DNA of 64,000 nt from the NCBI GenBank assembly GCA_965218095.1, contig OZ244587.1, forward strand, positions 2,912,001 to 2,976,000. Reading direction: 5' to 3'. Shown piece after piece: positions 19,883-27,262 of this stretch. The position numbers were made by a program, and so were the translations under genes. This DNA comes from Candidatus Poribacteria bacterium. GTDB taxonomy: Bacteria > Poribacteria > WGA-4E > PCPOR2b. The number at the start of each line of letters is the position of its first letter. Position 1 is the first letter of the stretch. The notes below the pieces were generated by a model. It ran no database searches. It saw only the letters and a program-made list of their open reading frames with translations, and was not told the DNA's origin.

Positions 19883-20794
19883 ATGGTTATTGAAATCAGT
19901 GATCTCTCAATCTCTTTTGAACCAACGAAGGTTCTGAATAAAATCTCACTAAACATCGCTGGAAGGTCAGTCGGATTACTCGGTCCCAACGGTGCAGGGA
20001 AAAGCACTTTAATCAAGATACTTCTCGGCTTCCTGACTCCGGATACGGGGAGTGCGTCGGTGCTCGGCATGGACGTTCGCACACACTCTCTCGACATTCG
20101 CCAACGGATTGGGTACATGCCTGAGAATGAATGCCTTATCCCCGGTATGAATGCGGTCAGTTTCGTGGCTCATGCCGGAGAACTTTGTGGCATGCCCGCC
20201 AGTGATGCGATGCAGCGGGCGCATGAAGTCCTGTACTATGTGGGTCTGGATGAGGCAAGGTATCGGATGGTAGAGACCTATTCGACTGGCATGAAACAGC
20301 GGATTAAGCTGGCTCAAGCATTGGTGCATGATCCCCAATTGCTCTTCCTCGACGAACCGACGAACGGCATGGATCCCAGTGGGCGCCAAGAAATGCTAGA
20401 TCTGATCAAAGACATCTCGACCCACAAGGACATCCATATCATTCTGTCGTCTCACCTCCTGCCCGATGTCGAATACGTGTGTCAGGACGTTGTGGCGCTT
20501 CATCATGGAAATGTCGTTGTTCAGGGCAACATTGAGGAACTCAAAGAACCACATCAGCAAGTCTTCGTGTTGAAGATTAAAGGCGATCGGGATGCCTATC
20601 TCGCTGGGCTAGAACGCTACGATTGCCGATGGCAGTCGACAGAGGAATCCAGTCTGCGCGTCACACCGCCGGAGTCGGTGGATAGCAACTTCTTCTTCAA
20701 ATTGGCTTTAGAAACGGGTGTGCAAGTCCGACACTTGAAATCGGTTCAACAATCATTGGAAGATATCTTCATCGAAGCTGTGGGGGAGAAATAG
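19883..20794 (+). CDS. ABC transporter ATP-binding protein
   Basis: GPNGAGKST, YSTGMKQR, LLFLDEP, SSH switch. Confidence 0.95.
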   Translation: MVIEISDLSISFEPTKVLNKISLNIAGRSVGLLGPNGAGKSTLIKILLGFLTPDTGSASVLGMDVRTHSLDIRQRIGYMPENECLIPGMNAVSFVAHAGELCGMPASDAMQRAHEVLYYVGLDEARYRMVETYSTGMKQRIKLAQALVHDPQLLFLDEPTNGMDPSGRQEMLDLIKDISTHKDIHIILSSHLLPDVEYVCQDVVALHHGNVVVQGNIEELKEPHQQVFVLKIKGDRDAYLAGLERYDCRWQSTEESSLRVTPPESVDSNFFFKLALETGVQVRHLKSVQQSLEDIFIEAVGEK

Positions 20795-20833
20795 ATCGAG
20801 GGAACAGATCTAGTCAAAAACAAGGAGAAACCC

Positions 20834-21580
20834 ATGTCACAATTTTTTGCTGATTTTGAAGCCTATATGCCTGCTGAATTTAACGGGGTGCCTTATGGCA
20901 GAGCCGGCGTGTTAGCTGTTGCGGATAAGGCGGGCATTGATGTCTGTGTTGTATTTCCCAGTGGACTTCCGCCGCATCCAGAGGAGATCAATGCACACTT
21001 ACTGAAAGAAACGAAGGGCGAATCACGCATCGTGCCGGGGTGCCTGATTAATCCTACAATGGGACCCGATGCCAGTGATGACCTGAAACGATGCGTTGAT
21101 GCCGGTGCACGGACAGTCAAGTTGATGGCAGCCGCCCATCGCTATCGCCTTGATGCGCCCTGTGTTGATCCGATTATGGAACTTGCGAAGTCGCTCGGCG
21201 TCCCTGCAACCATCCACTCGGGTTCGCCGATGAGCGGATGTTCGCCGGCGTTCATTGGAACGCTCGCGCAACGGCGCCCCGACGTGACGATCATTATGGA
21301 TCACATGGGGTACCGCGAATGGACGGAGCTTGCCGTTCAAGCCGCAGTGGAGAATCCCAAAATTTATCTCGGCACAACGCTCATCGCCGCCGCCGAGCCA
21401 ATCTCGATCAAGAATATCGCACGCGGTGGGCAGATCGGCGCCGATCGAATCGTCTTCGGATCTAACTCGCCAAGTGGAGATGCTGTGAATGGCGTCAACG
21501 GCATCCGAGGAATCGGGTTTACCGATGAGGAAGCCGCGCTCATTCTTGGGGGGAATCTCAAGGCGATTTACGGCCTCTGA
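20834..21580 (+). CDS. Amidohydrolase family protein (Amidohydro_2-like)
   Basis: TIHSG, IIMDHMG, RIVFGSN, ILGGN; AGGAG RBS. Confidence 0.85.
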   Translation: MSQFFADFEAYMPAEFNGVPYGRAGVLAVADKAGIDVCVVFPSGLPPHPEEINAHLLKETKGESRIVPGCLINPTMGPDASDDLKRCVDAGARTVKLMAAAHRYRLDAPCVDPIMELAKSLGVPATIHSGSPMSGCSPAFIGTLAQRRPDVTIIMDHMGYREWTELAVQAAVENPKIYLGTTLIAAAEPISIKNIARGGQIGADRIVFGSNSPSGDAVNGVNGIRGIGFTDEEAALILGGNLKAIYGL

Positions 21581-21611
21581 ACCTCACCCGACAAGCCTGA
21601 AACCTCAATTT

Positions 21612-21646
21612 GAAAGCCCTGTGCAGAAATGTACGGGGCTTTTTTC
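21612..21646 (+). terminator. Rho-independent terminator
   Basis: AAAGCCCTGTGCA-GAAA-TGTACGGGGCTTTTTT. Confidence 0.8.
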
Positions 21647-21810
21647 ATGCTCACACAAATCGATCGAATTTTTCTCAGATGCTGGCATACAGTTGTCAGG
21701 GGATATGGTTTATCATTTGTAATGAAGGATTTTCCAAATCAATATAGGTTCGATTTGGAGGACTTCGCTGAATCCTTGGGGAATGGGCGAAACGAGGGAG
21801 GAGGCGCCCA

Positions 21811-22530
21811 GTGACCAATCGGTCCGCCAGCGCGCTGTATGATGATACATTGACACAAGTGGGAAGAAATGAAACACGATCTCCCAGGGAATCGTTTCGT
21901 CAGTGGCAGATCCGCGAGGGGGAGGTTCTCTACCGATTTGGCGTCCAGCAATTGAGTAACACGCACCTTTTGGCGCATCTGCTGAGAGATCAGGCATTAG
22001 CTGAACGGCTGATGGCGCGTTTCGGCTCACTGACGCAGATTGTGGAAGCCTCAGTCGCGGAATTAAAACAGGTTTGTGGCGTCGGCTCTGCAACTGCCGA
22101 AATCATCCAAACCGCTTCTGAACTGAGCCGGCGACTTCTCGATTTTGCTCCTGAGTATCGGCCCCGCATTGGTAGCCCCATAGATGCCTATCTGCTGGTC
22201 CAGCCTGAATTTCGCGGAGAAGATCAAGAAATGACAAAGTAATCCTGTTAGATACCAGAAGCAGAGTCCTGAAAATTGAGACGGTGTTCATCGGAACGCT
22301 CAATTACTCGATCCTGCACCCCCGCGAAATTTATCGCGCCGCCCTTCGTCAGAATGCAGCCGCAATTATCCTGACCCATAACCATCCAAGCGGCTACACT
22401 GATCCGTCCTCAGATGATATAGAAGCGACGAAGCGGATCGCTGAAGCCGGCAAACTCATCGACATTCGTCTGTTGGATTATGTGATTATCGGGATAGAAA
22501 AACCTCTTTCCTCGAAAGGATGTTTAAGCA
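21811..22530 (+). pseudogene. radC: RadC/JAB-domain protein, frameshifted near 22235 (3' end approximate)
   Basis: HhH region in the first frame; GTLN..ILHPREI and HNHPSG in the second frame. Confidence 0.85.
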
Positions 22531-22623
22531 AAGAAATCGGCACTATAAAGCTAGAGTCAAATACGGTCTTGCCGGTGGTTGATGTTGTTTTAGCAGGGAC
22601 ACTGCCGGAGAAGGAGATGCGTC

Positions 22624-22797
22624 AGGTCGCCGATGGCGAGTACAATCGTGTGAGGCCTGTCGGTGGCGACGATCCTCACGCTGTTCGTGATTCCGGCATT
22701 CTACACCATCATTGACGACATCAGCCCGTGGCGAGGTGTCCGTGTTGAGGCGAAGCAAGTGGAGTCTATTGAAGAACCCCGCCGCGAACTGAAATAG
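22624..22797 (+). pseudogene. C-terminal remnant of an RND efflux permease
   Basis: RSPMASTIV*GLSVATILTLFVIPAFYTIIDD matches the last TM helices of AcrB-family proteins; TGA at 22651. Confidence 0.6.
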
Positions 22798-22883
22798 GCG
22801 CCGGAGGCTGGAAGTGATGATTAATGGTTCGGTGTTGGACAGTTCGATCTCGTCATTCTAATAGAACGCAGTGAAGCGATTGA

Positions 22884-22918
22884 TAACCTTGCCAAGCTTT
22901 CAAACCTTCGCAAGGTTA
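22884..22918. repeat. REP-like palindrome
   Basis: AACCTTGCCAAGCTTTCAAACCTTCGCAAGGTT; a related copy lies at 24640-24672. Confidence 0.55.
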
Positions 22919-22925
22919 AAATCTC

Positions 22926-23519
22926 TCAGAACTTGCCAAACATGAACACCAAATTTGCCGACACTTCGTTTAGATCACGACTTTCAAGCCCATTTAAGCG
23001 CTCAACGCCAGAAACAAACCGATAACTTGCGCCAAGCCCAATCCGAAAAAAGGTGGTGATATTGACCATCAAGTTTGCACCGGGTTCAAGCACAAAAATC
23101 CCCTCCTCAACAATGACGGTATCATCCCCTTCCCAGTATTGGGCGCGTCCAGTAGCGATCAGCGTCTGCATCGAAAAATGTATACGACGTTGAAGGGGGA
23201 CAATGTATTCCAGATCAAGCCCAACATAGTCCATATCCAGATCAATCGTGTCGTTAGAATTTGTTTGAACTGCTTCTGGCGCTTCAATCTTACCGAGCAA
23301 GCTGTAGACACCTGCGCCGATGGCAAACCGCTGATTCAGAATGACGCCACCTCGTCCGCCAAGCAATATGACCGACTCATCATTGACCTGAGTCACCTTC
23401 AAGGAGGGACCACCAAAGTTGCTGCTTTGCACGTTCCCGCTTATCAACGGTTGAGCGAGAACCGGTGAGATTGTCAGCATAGAAAACAGCAGCAAAGGTA
23501 TAGGTATGAGATTTTTCAT
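22926..23519 (-). CDS. Small outer-membrane beta-barrel protein
   Basis: Signal peptide, alternating beta-strand pattern, terminal FGKF. Confidence 0.75.
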   Translation of the reverse strand: MKNLIPIPLLLFSMLTISPVLAQPLISGNVQSSNFGGPSLKVTQVNDESVILLGGRGGVILNQRFAIGAGVYSLLGKIEAPEAVQTNSNDTIDLDMDYVGLDLEYIVPLQRRIHFSMQTLIATGRAQYWEGDDTVIVEEGIFVLEPGANLMVNITTFFRIGLGASYRFVSGVERLNGLESRDLNEVSANLVFMFGKF

Positions 23520-23545
23520 GAAACTTTCCTTTTGACTTGTTGTGT

Positions 23546-24589
23546 CTATTTGACTTTACCCCGCCCTGTAATCTTCCAAACGGTTTCTATCTGTTCATTT
23601 CTAACGGCGGCCAACTCATCGTGCAGATTGCTCGTCATGCCTTGATGCAGCGGAATGACAGACAATTTGTCGCCCACACGAAATTTATGTCGTGATTCAC
23701 TCACATCGATGTGTCCGTGTTCAACAGACATCCCGTAAATCTTGATATCCGGGTGATCGATGATATGACCATAAGGTGTGGGCGGATAGCTTGTAAACGT
23801 CTTCTGTCCGCCATCAACGATGATTCGGTCAGCAGTTGGTGTGCTCACAACGGTCACAATCATCCGCAGAGCGCATCGCTCCGGATTGAGCATCGCCGAC
23901 CCAGAGATGCGCGTCATACCTTCGTAGGCATACGAGCCGCTGCGTGTTTCGGTGCAACCGATATCCTTTGACACCTGCTCTACTCCGGTGCCTCCCCCAC
24001 TGATGATATTGATGGGGATGCCCGCGCTACTCAGGAGATTGACCGTTTCCTTGATAAACGGCTTTGCGCGAATATTACTTCCATAGGTCATGATGCCCTG
24101 AAAATCAAGTCCTGGCATTTCCGCCACCTTTTGGGCGAGTTCAAGCGCGGCTTGCGGGGATTGCACGCCGACCCGGCGTCCCCCTGTATCCTGTTCGATA
24201 ACGACACGTACTGTACAGCCGTCCGCTTGCGCCTGTTCGGAAATTCCTTTGGTGGTTATCTCCGAATCGAGAGCGACGGTGATCTTCGCACGTTTGACGA
24301 GTTGCGCTAACCGCTGCACTTTCGGCTTTCCAACGGTGTTGTAAGAAATCAGGATGTCATTGAGTCCACCATCGACCATGACCTCCGCTTCGCCGAGTTT
24401 TTGGCAAGTAATCCCTTTTGAACCTGCGGCAACCTGCATTTTGGCGATTTCCGGAACCTTGTGGGTCTTCGTGTGAACACGCAGATCGATGTCGATTTCT
24501 CGGCAAAGGGCGGCCATGTTATTGATGTTGCGTTCAAGAACATCGAGGTCTACAGTGAGCGCAGGCGTATCCAATTCAGAAATGTGCAT
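23546..24589 (-). CDS. PLP-dependent D-threonine aldolase/DSD1-like enzyme (alanine racemase fold)
   Basis: LDTPAL, RVHTKTHK (PLP Lys), SVEHG. Confidence 0.9.
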   Translation of the reverse strand: MHISELDTPALTVDLDVLERNINNMAALCREIDIDLRVHTKTHKVPEIAKMQVAAGSKGITCQKLGEAEVMVDGGLNDILISYNTVGKPKVQRLAQLVKRAKITVALDSEITTKGISEQAQADGCTVRVVIEQDTGGRRVGVQSPQAALELAQKVAEMPGLDFQGIMTYGSNIRAKPFIKETVNLLSSAGIPINIISGGGTGVEQVSKDIGCTETRSGSYAYEGMTRISGSAMLNPERCALRMIVTVVSTPTADRIIVDGGQKTFTSYPPTPYGHIIDHPDIKIYGMSVEHGHIDVSESRHKFRVGDKLSVIPLHQGMTSNLHDELAAVRNEQIETVWKITGRGKVK

Positions 24590-24684
24590 GTCGTTCTCCT
24601 AAAAATCAACGAATCGGCGAATCAGCAAATGAATGACCAAACCTTGAAAAGATTTTAAACCTTTTCAAAGTTAAATTTCACGCA

Positions 24685-24820
24685 TAAGCAAATCTCAGTA
24701 TTAAAGTTTATCTTCTGAATTCCCCAAACCGGTCGGAAAATTGGAAGTATGGAAGAAAGCAAACGAAGCGTCTTTTCCATCCTTCCTCAAAATGTAAAAC
24801 TTATTTTCTAAAATTGCTTA
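24685..24820. mobile_element. MITE-like element, 136 bp, with imperfect ~34-bp TIRs
   Basis: Left TAAGCAAATCTCAGTATTAAAGTTTATCTTCTGA; right end reverse-complemented is TAAGCAATTTTAGAAAATAAGTTTTACATTTTGA. Confidence 0.45.
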
Positions 24821-24927
24821 GGGTCAATTAATAAACTGAGGGGCTGGGAAACGCGAATTCGCATTCGTCGTATAATTCCCAACCCCCTAATATATTGGAA
24901 CTTGTCATTGTGCGGCAGATACCACGT

Positions 24928-25686
24928 CTATTTGTCTGTATCTTCAGCATCTTCTAAATATTCAGGCTCTCCTTCTGGAGTCTCTTCCGCCTCCTCGGCT
25001 TTCTCTTTCATACGTGGTTCAACCATGTATTCGACACGAAATTGGCGAACAGACATAACAGGATAAGGACCGTCAAAGCCTGTAATTTGTCCTTTGACTT
25101 CGACCGCCTGATCGCCTTGACCTGCTTCCTGTCTCAATAAATCAAATTTATCATTATCGCTAAAGACGATTTTCTCTTCCCAACCGCCTGCAACCATCGT
25201 GTGGTTGACCGCTGATGTATCAGCTCGCCAACGTCTCCAAAATGGAACGTTGCGGATGTAACTCCGTGACCAACCCGGATGCGCATAGAGGTGACCTGTG
25301 ATAGTTGCTTCGGATTTCGCAACCCAGGGGCGTCCTCCAATTTGACTGCCTCGGAAGCGTTGATCGTTCAGTTGACGTGTGATGTTATAAATGTCCAAAG
25401 TACGGCTTTCGTTGTATTTATTCTTACCCCGGCGTGGGATAACCTCAACGACCGTTGTGAAATGGCGTTGGCGGCCATGTTTATCGACTGGGGCATGAAA
25501 GCTCACATCTTCTGGATCTGCCCAGGGTGTCAACAAGCGTCGAATTTGTCGCGCATCATCGCTGTTGACGAAACCGAACAAATGGATTTGGATACTTTCA
25601 ACTTCGGCATTGCCTGGACTCGTGATTCCGGCAAATAGGAACACGGAAAGAATGAGGAGGCTGAGGTGGAATTTGGTGGGTAACAT
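24928..25686 (-). CDS. Exported hypothetical protein with acidic tail
   Basis: AAGGAG RBS, signal peptide ending GNA, long ORF. Confidence 0.75.
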   Translation of the reverse strand: MLPTKFHLSLLILSVFLFAGITSPGNAEVESIQIHLFGFVNSDDARQIRRLLTPWADPEDVSFHAPVDKHGRQRHFTTVVEVIPRRGKNKYNESRTLDIYNITRQLNDQRFRGSQIGGRPWVAKSEATITGHLYAHPGWSRSYIRNVPFWRRWRADTSAVNHTMVAGGWEEKIVFSDNDKFDLLRQEAGQGDQAVEVKGQITGFDGPYPVMSVRQFRVEYMVEPRMKEKAEEAEETPEGEPEYLEDAEDTDK

Positions 25687-25794
25687 TTGTCGTTCACTCC
25701 TTTTTTGTACGTTGATTCTTGGCAAATTAGCGCCAAGGCAACTCTGAAAAATTCAAATCCTCGATTGGTAAATGAAAGTCACAGCGACATGGTG

Positions 25795-25809
25795 GCAAAA
25801 TTTATACCA
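25795..25809 (-). promoter_or_regulatory. Candidate sigma54 (-24/-12) promoter
   Basis: Minus strand TGGTATAAATTTTGC fits GG-N10-GC. Confidence 0.45.
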
Positions 25810-25953
25810 TCGTGGTGCCTTACTGAAGAAGCGCTTGTTCAGCAACAGTTTTATGACAACGTAACTGGCGTAACACATCACACTTTATGTATCACTTTCG
25901 TGACATAGTAGCCGGTGCGCCACAACCAACCACCTCACACTTTGATTGTGTAT

Positions 25954-25982
25954 CATTATACCTCAGACCTTTGGAAAACGCA
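25954..25982 (-). promoter_or_regulatory. Sigma70-type promoter
   Basis: Minus strand TTGCGT-N17-TATAAT. Confidence 0.55.
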
Positions 25983-26106
25983 AGTTCAGAGCAAGAAGTC
26001 GTTCACTGTGGAAATGTTGCCCCGATTACATCGAGGGTAATTGTTCAAGTGGTCATCAAGATTCAAAGCCGCATGCAACCTCTCGGCAGTTGCAGCTACT
26101 ATTAGT

Positions 26107-26250
26107 TGAGGGTGGTTCATAATTCAATGCGCGTCATCGCTGGATTGGGGCGGGGTCGCCTGGATCAATCGTAGGGGCGAGGTCTCCTCGCCCGACGGGT
26201 TGGGAAACCCAACCCCTACCCATTCAGGGTCTATTTATGTTCCACCCTCA
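26107..26250. mobile_element. MITE-like element, 144 bp, enclosing a GTAG REP doublet
   Basis: TGAGGGTGGTTCATAAT / TTTATGTTCCACCCTCA (14/17 inverted match). Internal GTAGGGGCGAGGTCTCCTCGCCC...GGGTTGGGAAACCCAACCCCTAC at 26171-26219. Confidence 0.55.
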
Positions 26251-26300
26251 GATAAGTTTGATGGATTACACATTTTGTCAAGTTCACGAGAAACAAAACA

Positions 26301-26378
26301 GTGCGTGGACGGGATTTGAACCTGCAAGGTTGTTAGCCCCACTCCTACAAGGTGAATCGACTTTTACCCTTGGCATAA
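26301..26378 (-). other. Degenerate tRNA-like 3' half
   Basis: Minus strand GCAGGTTCAAATCCCGT T-arm preceded by a variable-arm-like segment; no pairing acceptor stem. Confidence 0.3.
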
Positions 26379-26384
26379 TGATTC

Positions 26385-26948
26385 CTACTCCTTTACCAGA
26401 ACTAATTTATTGGCTTCTAACCTGTATTTCTGAGTGACTTCTAATGTTGGTTCTGAAGCCATTGATTTGTCAGCACCACGAGTTAGCATGTGAACGACGA
26501 TTTCTTCTTCTTCAATATCTAGTGCCTTAACTTTTACTCGGTCTCCGAGAAAGGTGGTGGCTACGTTGTCTGGATTGCCATCACGATTGACGACCACGGC
26601 CAGGTAATAAAACGTGCCACTGCCACCCGGTTCTTCGATAAGAATCACGGCAGCATCTTCTCCATCTGTATTGTCCAAATTCCCGGCGACATGATGACTT
26701 AATCTGACAATTCGTTCAGATGCTGAATCAGGTAAAATCTTCTTCCGATATTCGCCATCGGTTAGTTGAAATCTGTCATCCGTGGTCGATTCGATGTGAT
26801 ATTCTGCATTTTGAAGCTGTTGTAAAGCCAGACTTGAATTGGGCTTGTTAGGTTGTGATTGGTTGGCTTGGTCTTGGGTTTGTGGCTGACAAGAAACGAC
26901 TATGACAATTCCAATTAACAGAACGAGCAGACGGATTGAAGTTTTCAC
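26385..26948 (-). CDS. Hypothetical lipoprotein
   Basis: Lipobox VVSC; GGSGTFYYL and LGDRV motifs. Confidence 0.8.
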   Translation of the reverse strand: MKTSIRLLVLLIGIVIVVSCQPQTQDQANQSQPNKPNSSLALQQLQNAEYHIESTTDDRFQLTDGEYRKKILPDSASERIVRLSHHVAGNLDNTDGEDAAVILIEEPGGSGTFYYLAVVVNRDGNPDNVATTFLGDRVKVKALDIEEEEIVVHMLTRGADKSMASEPTLEVTQKYRLEANKLVLVKE

Positions 26949-27161
26949 TTCATCACTCTCCTGACGACAAAATGGCGGTCATTTTGACAGATCCCCAATT
27001 GGAGATGACAATTCTATAGATTTCAAAAGCGAGTTCACTACAAACAACAATTTTGAATGGCAAGAAGCTGTACGTCACACGGATTTTAAACTTCAAAATT
27101 AGGTACTTAGAGATGCCGAATGTCCGGCTATCAATGGTGGAGTTAGCTGCGAAGCATTCGA

Positions 27162-27198
27162 TCAGTGCCATAGGCTTTCGAGAAGCCTATGGCACTGA
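27162..27198. terminator. Perfect 16-bp hairpin downstream of the 955-aa gene
   Basis: TCAGTGCCATAGGCTT-TCGAG-AAGCCTATGGCACTGA; no U-tract. Confidence 0.55.
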
Positions 27199-27262
27199 CG
27201 CAGTCAGAGGCAAACCGGATCATCGAACTTTGTCGTGATGGCGGGCGGGTCTCAGTGCCGGC

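Noticed and set aside
26301-26378. Functional tRNA gene
   Set aside because: No acceptor stem, D-arm consensus or clean 7-nt anticodon loop.
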